Shown: positions 1-9,723 of the stretch, piece after piece
How positions within the stretch are numbered: position 1 is the first letter of the stretch
How the letters are laid out: the number at the start of each line of letters is the position of its first letter
Source of the DNA: an uncultured archaeon
GTDB taxonomy: Archaea; Thermoplasmatota; Penumbrarchaeia; JASLWR01
Reading direction: 5' to 3'
Assembly: GCA_964430885.1 (NCBI GenBank)
Contig: CAYSHM010000003.1
Coordinates: 96,001-160,000 of the forward strand
DNA: 64,000 bases
The notes under the pieces: model-generated
Told to the model about the DNA's origin: nothing
Databases searched by the model: none
What the model saw: only the letters and a program-made list of their open reading frames with translations
Position numbers and translations under genes: made by a program

Positions 1-1600
1 AGGGACTCAGCTCATGACAGGGGGCGGAGATCTCACATGATTGGCAATCACCGCATCCCACCTTGGGCCATGTGACAATATAGTCAGCCCCCATGGATAA
101 ACATTTAAGAATGTCCTTAGCGCTGGAAAGATCGGTCTCCAGACCCAAAGATATATTCTGATACTCCGGAAATTCCTCCCTGATACTCCTGATGATCGAA
201 AGCACTCCAATTAGAGGATACCTATCCCCCTTCAACCTCCGGTCATAACCATTGCGTCCGGTCTTGAAAATAAGGGAATCAACATCGGTCTTCAATAAGA
301 GCTTCAGATCGCCGTATACATTTCCAGCAGCCAATCTGATCATTACAGGTACCCTCCTCTGGGTGATCTCCCTGATTAGAAGGATGTGGTTCCTTAGATC
401 TGACATGGATATCATATCCAGATGCCGGTTGGGAACCGGATATCTAAGAACATCCATCCACCCATCTCCTCCGATGTTCTTCTCAAGGGTTGTATCGTAC
501 CCCAGTATCCCCTGTTCGGTTAACCAATAGGACGATATATCTATTACTACACCGGAACAGTTTGTGAACTTTTCAGTGGATATGTCAATCCTGCTGGGGT
601 CCCATACGACCACTGGTTGAGAGCCCTTTTTGCCCTCTATCCGGGCCCCCTCCACGTACTTTCCCAAACCCTTGATATAGGGAATTTTTTCATTATCGGA
701 AACATTGGATATCTGAAGCAATGCTTCCGAGTATAATAGTCCGTCAAAAGGAAGGTTCAGTATAACCGGCAGGGTAGAGACTAGCGGATCCGGGATGTCC
801 TCATCACCAATTACCATGCCCAAGGCCTCACGGGGAATGTGATAATCATAATCCATTGTCACCGGTGATGAAAGCATAGGTGAAGGAATGAGTATGTTCT
901 CCAGACCATTGCCATCCTCATCAATATAATCCTGTTCCGCATACATATCAGCTATGGAAGGGTAGGTGAAATCCTCTTTTGCAATTATCTTCATGAAAGA
1001 GCCCGGATCCGCATCTATACCGTAATGTTCGAAATAGATCTGAAGTTTTCTTCTGTCCTTGCTGCTTGATTCGACTGCCTCAACATTATTGGCTAAGGAC
1101 ACAATTTCTCCACCTACGAATATACTTCCTCCTATCATCAAGTGACCCACTCGGCCGCCCACATCTCCGCAGATTATTATTGATCCAGCAGTCTGCATCA
1201 AACCTATATCATTTCCGGAGTTCCCTTCGACAAGTATAGTTCCTCCTGAATTGGCCATACCCGTACCATCACCGGATGAACCGGTGACCAGGAGTATTCC
1301 TCCCTTCATGTAAGCTCCGGCCCCGTAACCGGCGCTGCCGTGTACAATTACTCCTCCATCCAGCATGTTATCGGCCACATACTTGCCGACATCACCCTCC
1401 ATCTCGATCACTGGCCCCTGGTTAAGGGAAGCGAAGAAATCTCCTGCCTCGCCAATAACATTCAATTCAACTTCCTGGGTCATCCCGACTGCAACAGCAT
1501 GCTGCCCACGCAGACCTCCAACCTTTATCTTGGTACTTTTCTCCGTCTGACCGAGAATTGCCCTGTTTATATCCGGTGTTTTAATAGTCTTCGATGCCAA
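1..1600 (-). CDS. Glutamate synthase-like fusion protein: N-terminal GXGXG (GltB3/FwdC-like) beta-helix plus C-terminal degenerate FMN-binding (GltB2-like) domain; 3' end runs off the window
   Basis: Not in the ORF track; translated by hand. TTG at 1600 follows a GGTGAT SD and the frame is stop-free to the window edge. GXGXG repeats (VIGEAGDFFASLNQG, EGDVGKYVADNMLDGG, HGSAGYGAGAYMKGG, EGNSGNDIG) are followed by GltB2-like segments RHLDMISMSDLRNHILLIRE, KDILKCLSMGAD and GCGDCQSCEISAPC. Confidence 0.85.
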   Translation of the reverse strand, partial: MASKTIKTPDINRAILGQTEKSTKIKVGGLRGQHAVAVGMTQEVELNVIGEAGDFFASLNQGPVIEMEGDVGKYVADNMLDGGVIVHGSAGYGAGAYMKGGILLVTGSSGDGTGMANSGGTILVEGNSGNDIGLMQTAGSIIICGDVGGRVGHLMIGGSIFVGGEIVSLANNVEAVESSSKDRRKLQIYFEHYGIDADPGSFMKIIAKEDFTYPSIADMYAEQDYIDEDGNGLENILIPSPMLSSPVTMDYDYHIPREALGMVIGDEDIPDPLVSTLPVILNLPFDGLLYSEALLQISNVSDNEKIPYIKGLGKYVEGARIEGKKGSQPVVVWDPSRIDISTEKFTNCSGVVIDISSYWLTEQGILGYDTTLEKNIGGDGWMDVLRYPVPNRHLDMISMSDLRNHILLIREITQRRVPVMIRLAAGNVYGDLKLLLKTDVDSLIFKTGRNGYDRRLKGDRYPLIGVLSIIRSIREEFPEYQNISLGLETDLSSAKDILKCLSMGADYIVTWPKVGCGDCQSCEISAPCHELSP

Positions 1601-1850
1601 TTACATCACCCTGGTAAATTTTGAGAAAAATCTGCTCTTTCAGTATTTCTGAAATGGATATTGCATAATGAATATTTACCAATATTGCAGTGTTTTAATA
1701 ATAAAAGGTTTATTTATACTAATCTCTACTTTCATACCAAAAAGGAACCATACTGTAAACTTAAGAAGCGCAGTCATCCGTGATAAGTATAAATGCTTGA
1801 TGCAAACAGATTATCAAAAAAAAAATTGGCTGCAGAAATTGTTATAATTG

Positions 1851-3383
1851 CTATAGAAGGGGTATTTCTATAATTTTCTCAATCGCAGAGGTCAGTGCTC
1901 CACTGCGGATCGATCTATGGACAACATCAATATCGGTTTTCATATACCGGTCCCTATCCAAACGGGGGACCTGCTTTCTTATCTCATGATAGGCCGCATC
2001 TGTTCCGAATCCTCGCTCCTGTTCCCTGAATTCCAAGGCCTGGGCTGCAACTATGACACCCATTGACATAACATTGAATACATTTTCAATTACCTGAGAA
2101 CACTTATATGCCGATGTGGAACCCATAGACACATGATCTTCCTGCCCTGCTGATGTTGGAATTGAATCACAGGATGAAGGATGGCACAGTACCTTGTTCT
2201 CTGCCACTAGGGAAGCGGATGAATACTGGAGCAACATCAGCCCCGAATTGAGTCCGCCCTCAGTAGTGAGAAACGGTGGAAGACCTGAAAGATGAGAAGT
2301 GAGCGTTCGGTATATCAACCGCTCGCACCAGTTTGCCACTTCGGACACCCCAATACAGAGATAATCCAGAACAAATGCCATTATTTGACCGTGGAAATTT
2401 CCCTGTGAGATTATATCATTATTATCAAGGAATATCAGAGGATTGTCTGTGGCCGAGTTCATCTCAATCTCTACCTTCTCCCAAACATGTTCTAGAACAT
2501 CTGCGGACGAACCTAGTATCTGAGGCATGCAGCGCAGAGTATATGCGTCCTGAACCTTTGGACAGTCCTTGTGGGAACCAATAATACCGCTCCCTTCCAC
2601 AAGACTGAGGAGGTTTGAGGCTATCTTTATCTGACCCATATGAGGGCGGACCTGATGCACCCTAGGATCCAAGAAACTGTCTGTTGCCATTAATGCTTCC
2701 ATAGCCATTGCCCCGATGATCTGGGCAGTCTTGATAATTAGCTTTGCGTCGTGGCAGGCCGAAGCACCTATTGCAGTCATGTAATGGGTTCCATTTATTA
2801 GAGCTAATCCTTCCTTGGACTCTAGTATCAGCGGCGATAAGCCCAAATTACTGAAGGCCTGTAAAGAGGACATTTTTCCCCCATTAAAATAACATTCTCC
2901 CCGGCCGCAAAGGGAATTAACCATATGGGACGATTGAACCAGATCACCGCTGGCCCCAACGGAACCCTTTGAAGGAACAACGGGTATCAGACCTTTGTTC
3001 AAACATTCAACAAGAGTCTCCACTACCACAGGTCTCACACCTGAAAAACCTTTGGCAAGGGCATTTATTCTTACCACCATCATGGCCCTTACCTGTTCAA
3101 GCTCCATATCCGGCCCTACACCGGTACAGTGAGACAGTATCAGGTTTTCCTGAAGCTCTTTCAAACTGTCCTTATCGATCTTCTTGTTGGCAAGTTCGCC
3201 GAAACCTGTGTTGATCCCGTATACTGTTCTGCCTTCACTAATGATATCATCCACAAGGGATCTGCTGTTCTTTATACGCACCCAGGATTCCTTGGAAACA
3301 CTAACATCAGCATCATTTCTGGCAATGGATACCAGTTCATCAATGGTCAGATGGTTCCCGGTGATCTCGATGATTTTGGACAT
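1851..3383 (-). CDS. hutH: Histidine ammonia-lyase
   Basis: MIO-forming GASGD, VYGINTGFG, the His-specificity motif NLILSH, KEGLALING, QDAYTLRC, GNFHG and QEDHVSM. ATG 3383 follows AGAGG (the track start is TTG 3392). Confidence 0.95.
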   Translation of the reverse strand: MSKIIEITGNHLTIDELVSIARNDADVSVSKESWVRIKNSRSLVDDIISEGRTVYGINTGFGELANKKIDKDSLKELQENLILSHCTGVGPDMELEQVRAMMVVRINALAKGFSGVRPVVVETLVECLNKGLIPVVPSKGSVGASGDLVQSSHMVNSLCGRGECYFNGGKMSSLQAFSNLGLSPLILESKEGLALINGTHYMTAIGASACHDAKLIIKTAQIIGAMAMEALMATDSFLDPRVHQVRPHMGQIKIASNLLSLVEGSGIIGSHKDCPKVQDAYTLRCMPQILGSSADVLEHVWEKVEIEMNSATDNPLIFLDNNDIISQGNFHGQIMAFVLDYLCIGVSEVANWCERLIYRTLTSHLSGLPPFLTTEGGLNSGLMLLQYSSASLVAENKVLCHPSSCDSIPTSAGQEDHVSMGSTSAYKCSQVIENVFNVMSMGVIVAAQALEFREQERGFGTDAAYHEIRKQVPRLDRDRYMKTDIDVVHRSIRSGALTSAIEKIIEIPLL

Positions 3384-3767
3384 AGCTGTCAACCTCTTGT
3401 TGTCAAACTCTTTTTAATTTTGAATGAAATATGATGTTGAATCTCTGTGATTGTGACTGAATCAATATAGCTATTGAAATGCAAGGAATGGACACGGGTA
3501 TTGTATGGAAAATTGTAAATCTCATCTAGTACAGGTCATAAATGCAAATATTTCTTGAAATATTTTGATATGGTTTAAATAATTTTTAGTAAATTATTGG
3601 GATTGAGAGGCATATAATCCGTCCTACATATTTAATATTTGCCAAATTTAATCCGGCCAAAGGCGATATAATCTGGAATGAACATTATACCGGCCCCCAT
3701 AAACATGCAATAAAATATTTATACAAATATGGCTGATATATTAATACCTTTAACAGGGGAGATCGAA

Positions 3768-4292
3768 ATGAACTGGTATTCCAAGGATAGAAGAGCGGTG
3801 TCGCCAATAATTGCCACCATTTTACTGGTAGCCATATCTCTGGTGCTCATAGGTGTAATTTTCATTTGGGTGCAGGAAATAATAGATGTCCCAAAAGAGG
3901 ACGCCCCGGATGTCAACCTCGCGGTAAGCACGGAAACCGCTGGAGACGAAGTATATTTCAGAATACTCATCACCGACATATCCGAGGAGCCTTCCCTGAA
4001 CAATATCGAGTACAAGGTCTTTGACGGAGGAGGGAACCTTCTTGAGGAAATGACCGCAGACTCTGAGGTATATGGTAATTTGGCTCATTTGGAAACACAT
4101 GATGACCAACTTCTGGGCGTAGGTTTTTCCGACAATGATGCAGACGGCAGGCTTTCAACCGGTGATTATTTCCTGGTGAAGAAGTTCTTTGATAAAAATT
4201 ACGCTCAGGACATCGACATATCCGATGGAAAGATGATCCTCATCTACGGCCCCAATAATGCTGCAATGGAAGAAATCTCTTTCGGATTCTGA
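3768..4292 (+). CDS. Archaeal type IV pilin-like protein (class III signal peptide)
   Basis: DRR-A/VSPIIATILLVAISLVL prepilin cleavage motif plus a hydrophobic helix; DNDADGRLSTGDYF near the C-terminus. ATG 3768 follows a GGGGAG SD. Confidence 0.9.
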   Translation: MNWYSKDRRAVSPIIATILLVAISLVLIGVIFIWVQEIIDVPKEDAPDVNLAVSTETAGDEVYFRILITDISEEPSLNNIEYKVFDGGGNLLEEMTADSEVYGNLAHLETHDDQLLGVGFSDNDADGRLSTGDYFLVKKFFDKNYAQDIDISDGKMILIYGPNNAAMEEISFGF

Positions 4293-4316
4293 TAGGAAAA
4301 CCTTTGATACTGCTGA

Positions 4317-5606
4317 TCAATTTATTCCTGTGAACTTTGTATTTATCCAGTCTATCACATAGCTGTCAGGATCTTTGTCACTTTTCTTGTATACATACTC
4401 CATTATAAACGCGTATAGAAGGGGTGATTTGTATTTGCTGATAAAGACGCTGAGCTGATACAGATAATCGCTGATGACCATTTTCCGATAGCGGGGGCGG
4501 TCCTTTCTGTACCTTCTCAATCTCTCTACATATCTAACTATCATATACTCAAACATATCCGGATCGGAAATGTCCTCCCGGCCTATGAAATAGTTCTTTC
4601 TTCTTTTTACTCCGGGGGTCTCTATTAGCTGGATATCCCTGAATCCCCTTATTATCCTTCTGAACGAGTTCAGTTCATATCCTATCTGTATATCTATCTC
4701 AGAATGAAGCTGTTTGACGGTCTTATGAATTACAAGATCATAATCGGTGAATATCTTGACTATATCCACCAAGGTACGGGACACAAAGGTCCTGGGAAGG
4801 TTTTCCGGATGACACATCCATCTGAAGGAAAATTCCAGTGTGTTCATCAGAAAATCCTTGAGTACATCCTCTTTGGTGAAATCCGTGTTCACAGGCAGGT
4901 CATCGAAGCGCTTGTACCGGGAACTTTTCCTCTTCAGCATGCATTTGGGAACCTTTCTGCGGGATAGAAAGTGGCGTATCTCTTTTTTCAGCTCCTGCTG
5001 GTATTGGATCATGGACCCTTCATTGTTAACTATTATGAGACGGGGTTTGAAGAACTTGTTCTTAGGGCCCCTTCTCTTGAATCTTTCGAAAATGTCAAAA
5101 TAGGAGATCAATATCTTTTCCTGGAGCTCCTTATTCTCAAAGTACTCAGTTATTCCCTCACTGCGCCTTAACGAGGAATTGATCCTTCTCATTGTAGTTT
5201 CTATATCTGAATAAACAAAAATTACCAGATCGGGCACCATGGCCTGAGCATTAACTTCCAGAAGCCAATTTATATCATTGAATCCCTGGGTGCTTTGATA
5301 TGCCAAGGACGAATAGAGATACCGTTCGGTAATTACCACATTCCCCTTCTCTATCTCTGGCCGGATGCAGTTCTCACAATGATGTCTTCTATCCGCTGCA
5401 AAAAGAAGGGCTTCAGTCTCTGAATCAAAGGTCTTGTTCTTAATATTTTCACGGATGAAATGTCCGATATCCTCTTTTGTAGGCTCGTGGGTCATGACTA
5501 TATTGCATTTCAGCTTATCCTCCAGATATTCTTTTAAATATCTCTTGCCGACACCCTTGCCGGAAGCATCGGTTCCCTCAATCACAATGAAATAGCTCGT
5601 GGTCAG
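4317..5606 (-). CDS. tmk: Thymidylate kinase-family protein with ~200-aa C-terminal extension
   Basis: FIVIEGTDASGKG P-loop, HEPT, ALLFAADR, ERYLYSSLAYQ and PDL. The first beta-strand lies upstream of the track's GTG 5585; an in-frame CTG at 5606 follows an AGGGGG SD. Confidence 0.8.
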   Translation of the reverse strand: MTTSYFIVIEGTDASGKGVGKRYLKEYLEDKLKCNIVMTHEPTKEDIGHFIRENIKNKTFDSETEALLFAADRRHHCENCIRPEIEKGNVVITERYLYSSLAYQSTQGFNDINWLLEVNAQAMVPDLVIFVYSDIETTMRRINSSLRRSEGITEYFENKELQEKILISYFDIFERFKRRGPKNKFFKPRLIIVNNEGSMIQYQQELKKEIRHFLSRRKVPKCMLKRKSSRYKRFDDLPVNTDFTKEDVLKDFLMNTLEFSFRWMCHPENLPRTFVSRTLVDIVKIFTDYDLVIHKTVKQLHSEIDIQIGYELNSFRRIIRGFRDIQLIETPGVKRRKNYFIGREDISDPDMFEYMIVRYVERLRRYRKDRPRYRKMVISDYLYQLSVFISKYKSPLLYAFIMEYVYKKSDKDPDSYVIDWINTKFTGIN

Positions 5607-5965
5607 TTCCCCCTGCGCTGAAACATTATTTATCTAAAATCCATATTATACCTTAACCCAAAAGACCCGCAAGTATCGGTCATGGAAAAGTTCTCAAAAT
5701 TATGCTGAAACAAGTTATTTTCATAAGCGCAAACTATCAGTTAATCAATTGAAGTAAATTAGGTTTTCTCTCTTTATGATGGCAGAACGGTTTTTTTATC
5801 AGTGACTAAATTGGGGAATTCAGCAGAATCTTTTATACTCACAGCTGGTCTGTAAGCTGGAAACGTGAAATATATTGAATAAAAAAAGTGAAAAAAGTTG
5901 GTTTAACATATTTCGGATATTGGGACATTTGGATATTGGAATATTTTCGAACTGCTGCTTCATCC

Positions 5966-6604
5966 TCATTCGTTCATAATACGCATGTACGCCCGCAGAT
6001 GAACAGGTACTGTGGATTCATTTAATACAAAAGAACGGCCGGAACCTCCGCAGAGATAGCATTTCTTCTTGCCTTTGCAGTGATAACAGCTCCCCAAACC
6101 CTGACATTCGGGACATTGCCCTGAACCCTTGCAGCTGGGACACTTCTCCGTTCCCCCGCAGGCATTGCATCTGCCCAGGGATCTTAGGCAGTAGATGCAC
6201 TCTCCGCTGCCCTCACATATGGTGCAGTGACCTGCCCCTTTACACATGAAACATCTGCTGTCATCGCCGCATTCCCGGCAGATACCCCTTCCGTCACAGG
6301 CATCACATCTCCTCTGGTCATACTGCACACCTGCATTGTAGAAGCACTCCCTGGCATGATCCGCCATCTTGAAATGCATTGCACACACTCCCCTAATGAA
6401 CCATGCTTCTTTATCACCTTCGTTCATCTCCAAAAGAGCCTTACATTTATTGAAGGCTTCCCTGTATTCCCTTTCATTGAGAAGCCTTTTAACGGCATCA
6501 AGACGCTTTTGAAGAGCTTCCTTGCTTGGGAGTTTGGAAGCACAGCCTGCACAGTACAAATAAGAATCTTCGTTCTCCTCGCCGCATTTAACACATTTTT
6601 TCAT
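5966..6604 (-). CDS. Zinc-ribbon + TPR + tandem CXXCXGXG (DnaJ-type zinc finger) protein
   Basis: N-terminal CVKCG..CAGC; TPR-like EAWFIRGVCAMHFKMADHARECF; ten CXXC units at ~9-aa spacing. Confidence 0.8.
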   Translation of the reverse strand: MKKCVKCGEENEDSYLYCAGCASKLPSKEALQKRLDAVKRLLNEREYREAFNKCKALLEMNEGDKEAWFIRGVCAMHFKMADHARECFYNAGVQYDQRRCDACDGRGICRECGDDSRCFMCKGAGHCTICEGSGECIYCLRSLGRCNACGGTEKCPSCKGSGQCPECQGLGSCYHCKGKKKCYLCGGSGRSFVLNESTVPVHLRAYMRIMNE

Positions 6605-6828
6605 AGATAAACACCAAATAACTCGATTTGTTAGATTCCAACATTATTCAGGTACTTAAAAATGGTTTTGCTGTTTTTGCAATAATCCTCGGGTTTTCGG
6701 ATGCAAATACCAATAGGTTCTAATAAGCTAATCATAGACTTTATCTTTCCATACGAAGCGTAAAAAAAATGTTTACCATGGAGTATTGACCTAATGATTT
6801 TATATTAATAAGATAATTGCTGTGCTGT

Positions 6829-7476
6829 ATGGCTTCCGAAATAATGGAAAATGTCAAACCTACCAGAATGGAACTCCTCAAGCTCAGAAAGAAATATAAA
6901 CTTGCTGAGAAGGGGCATAAACTGCTGGGTGAGAAAAGAGATGCCCTTGTAGTGGAGTTCATGAAGGTAATTAAAAAACGGGGTAGCCTGCGTTTCAAGG
7001 CCAAGGAGTCACTCCAGAGGGGTTACCGTTCATTGGCCCGCTCCAAGATGACATTAGGAGGGATCAGGGTCGAGGAATTGCTGAAAAGCATGGAATGGAA
7101 AATGGAACTGGATGTCGGAAGCCTCAATATCATGGGCATTACAGTTCCAAAACTTAAACTTAATACCACTGAAGATATTGAAACAAGACTATCACTTCTT
7201 GATTCCAACAGTTATTTGGACGAAGCAAAAAGGGATATGGAGGAAGCATTCAAAAAACTCGTACTTCTCGCCGAAGTGGAGGGCACCATCGAGAGATTGG
7301 CTAGGGAGATCGAGAAAACCAAAAGACGGGTGAATGCCCTGGAATATATCTTCCTCCCCCGCATCAAATCTACCCAGAAATATATTGAAATGATGCTTCA
7401 GGAAAAGGAGAGAGAGGACTTCTTCCGAAGAAAAAAGATAAAGAACGTCATGGAAAGGGAGAAGAAAAACAAGTAA
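6829..7476 (+). CDS. atpD: A/V-type ATP synthase subunit D
   Basis: KPTRMELLKL, GHKLLGEKRDAL, NIMGITVP and EIEKTKRRVNALEY. Confidence 0.97.
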   Translation: MASEIMENVKPTRMELLKLRKKYKLAEKGHKLLGEKRDALVVEFMKVIKKRGSLRFKAKESLQRGYRSLARSKMTLGGIRVEELLKSMEWKMELDVGSLNIMGITVPKLKLNTTEDIETRLSLLDSNSYLDEAKRDMEEAFKKLVLLAEVEGTIERLAREIEKTKRRVNALEYIFLPRIKSTQKYIEMMLQEKEREDFFRRKKIKNVMEREKKNK

Positions 7477-7484
7477 TCGAGGGA

Positions 7485-7649
7485 ATGATTTTGGACCTTA
7501 ATAATGATCCGGTGCTCCGAAAATGGAGGGCTGACCCGGAGAAGAACAGGAAACTGCATGTTATGATAACCTTTGGGCTCATATCAGCTATGGTGGGGTT
7601 GACCTTGGGCGGCATTGTACTGATTCTGATAGCAGCAGGGATTATTTGA
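7485..7649 (+). CDS. Small (54 aa) single-pass membrane protein
   Basis: Below the track cutoff. ATG follows GAGGGA, 8 nt after the atpD stop. Sequence MILDLNNDPVLRKWRADPEKNRKLHVMITFGLISAMVGLTLGGIVLILIAAGII; it fills the atpD-top6B gap. Confidence 0.65.
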   Translation: MILDLNNDPVLRKWRADPEKNRKLHVMITFGLISAMVGLTLGGIVLILIAAGII

Positions 7650-7719
7650 TCCATGATATGGAATCACAGTATTACGATAATATCCAATTGAAAAATTCTA
7701 TCTTAAAGGTGAAATTATT

Positions 7720-9603
7720 TTGGCCCGACAAACCGCAGACCAGCTGGCAAAGAAACAGCGAAACATATCGATATCTGAATTCTTTGAAAAGAACAAACAC
7801 ATATTGGGATTCAGCACCACTACAAGAGCGCTCCTGACAACAGTAAAGGAAGGAGTGGACAACGCTCTAGACGCCTGTGAGGACGCACAGATACTGCCAG
7901 ATATCTTTGTGAAAATAAATGAAGTGGAAGGCGAAAAGGACGAATATGCCATAACAATATCTGATAATGGACCGGGCATAGTTAGAAAACAGATCCCGAA
8001 GGTATATGGGAAACTGCTCTACGGCTCCAGATTCCACGCTATGAAACAGACCCGGGGCCAGCAGGGTATTGGGATAAGCGCAGCCGTCCTGTACGGGCAG
8101 CTCACCACCGGTCAGCCTACAATTATCGAATCCAAGACCGGAGAGGATATGCCTGCATACCGTATCAAGCTGACCATCGACAGCGCTACAAATTCCCCAA
8201 GAGTAATGAACAAGGAAGTAATACTCATGGAAAGACCCCATGGTACCATGTTCACCATAATACTCAAGGGGAAATATGTGAAGAACAAGAAACAATCCAT
8301 ACTGCAGTACATGAGCTCCACCGCTATTGTGAACCCTCATGCCAGATTCACATTTATTGAACCTGACGGCACTAATAACTATTTTGACAGGGTAACCGAC
8401 GAGCTCCCCCTTGAGACCAGAGAGATCAAACCGCACCCCAAGGGTGTCGAGATAGGAAGCTTCATGAAGATGGCAAAGAAGACATCTTCCTACAAGCTGA
8501 CCTCTTTTCTGGTAAATGATTTTTCAAGGATATCCTATACAACTGCTAGAAAGATCTGCAAGGAAGCAGGAGTGGAAGAAAGCTCCCGGCCTACTTACCT
8601 GAGCCTAGAAAAAATAAAGAAGCTGCTTGATGCTATTGATAAGACAAGCATAATGGCGCCCCCGACAGACTGTCTTTCTCCCATAGGGCCCGAGCTCATG
8701 AAGAAGGGGCTGAGCAAGGAGATCGATGCAAAATTTGTGTTCACCGTGTCCAGGCCGCCAAGTGTTTTTTCCGGAACTCCATTCCAGGTTGAAGCGGGAC
8801 TGGTATACGGCGGCGACATTCCTGTGGATTCCAGAATCGGTATACTGAGGTTTGCCAACAGGGTTCCCCTGCTGTATCAGTCAGGCAACTGCATCATCAC
8901 CAAAGCTATCGAGAACATAGATTGGAGGCCCTATCATCTTGAACAGAGAGGTGGAAAGGGCAAACCTATCGGCCCCGCGGTTGTCCTGGTGCATGTTGCG
9001 TCGGTCAACATTCCCTTCACATCGGAGGCAAAGGTAGCCATCTCCAATGTGGATGAGATGTCAAAGGAGATCGAGCTGGCAGTAAGGGAATGCGCAAGAC
9101 AGATGAGGTCAAACATCAAAAGGAACAAGAAACTGAAGAAGACGGAGAAAAAATTCGACCTCATACAGGAAGTGCTGCCTGAAATAGCTCGAAAATCTGC
9201 GGAGATAATAGAGAAACCAATGCCTCCAATAGGAAAAGTCATATCAAAGATAATGACAGTGATAACCGTAGAGGACAATATCGAGCACCTCAAGGATACT
9301 ACATCCTCCATGGGCAAATGGGTATCGAGGTCGCACATCTCGGTCAATAATTATACAACAGCTAACAAATCCATTGACATACTGGTTAAGATACCCAAAG
9401 GACAAGTGACTAATGTGGAACCTGCTCCAGTCAAAAACGATGGGGATGTATTGGTCTGGGAGATCTCAGACCTTCCTCCGGCCGGATCCACACACCTGAA
9501 GTTCGAGCTTAGCGGTCTGGACAAGGGTGATCACAAGCAGAACGAGATATTATATATGGGCACTCGAAGCTATGTGATAGGAGCCAAAAAACTGCACATA
9601 TGA
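7720..9603 (+). CDS. top6B: DNA topoisomerase VI subunit B
   Basis: ISISEFFEKNKHILGF, GHKL motifs KEGVDNALDACE, DNGPGI and RGQQGIGIS, plus RFANRVPLLY; beta-rich C-terminal extension. Confidence 0.97.
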   Translation: MARQTADQLAKKQRNISISEFFEKNKHILGFSTTTRALLTTVKEGVDNALDACEDAQILPDIFVKINEVEGEKDEYAITISDNGPGIVRKQIPKVYGKLLYGSRFHAMKQTRGQQGIGISAAVLYGQLTTGQPTIIESKTGEDMPAYRIKLTIDSATNSPRVMNKEVILMERPHGTMFTIILKGKYVKNKKQSILQYMSSTAIVNPHARFTFIEPDGTNNYFDRVTDELPLETREIKPHPKGVEIGSFMKMAKKTSSYKLTSFLVNDFSRISYTTARKICKEAGVEESSRPTYLSLEKIKKLLDAIDKTSIMAPPTDCLSPIGPELMKKGLSKEIDAKFVFTVSRPPSVFSGTPFQVEAGLVYGGDIPVDSRIGILRFANRVPLLYQSGNCIITKAIENIDWRPYHLEQRGGKGKPIGPAVVLVHVASVNIPFTSEAKVAISNVDEMSKEIELAVRECARQMRSNIKRNKKLKKTEKKFDLIQEVLPEIARKSAEIIEKPMPPIGKVISKIMTVITVEDNIEHLKDTTSSMGKWVSRSHISVNNYTTANKSIDILVKIPKGQVTNVEPAPVKNDGDVLVWEISDLPPAGSTHLKFELSGLDKGDHKQNEILYMGTRSYVIGAKKLHI

Positions 9604-9723
9604 TCAAGTATCCGCAGGCCTTTTTTCATTTAACATCCTGCTAAAAAGAGATTATATTAATTTTGGATTTTAGGTGATAATTTTATACATTCAAATCTGA
9701 TTATATTATTGAAGGTGATCCCG

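Noticed and set aside
5966-6604. Multiheme cytochrome or polyferredoxin
   Set aside because: There are no CXXCH or CXXCXXCXXXCP motifs and no signal peptide.
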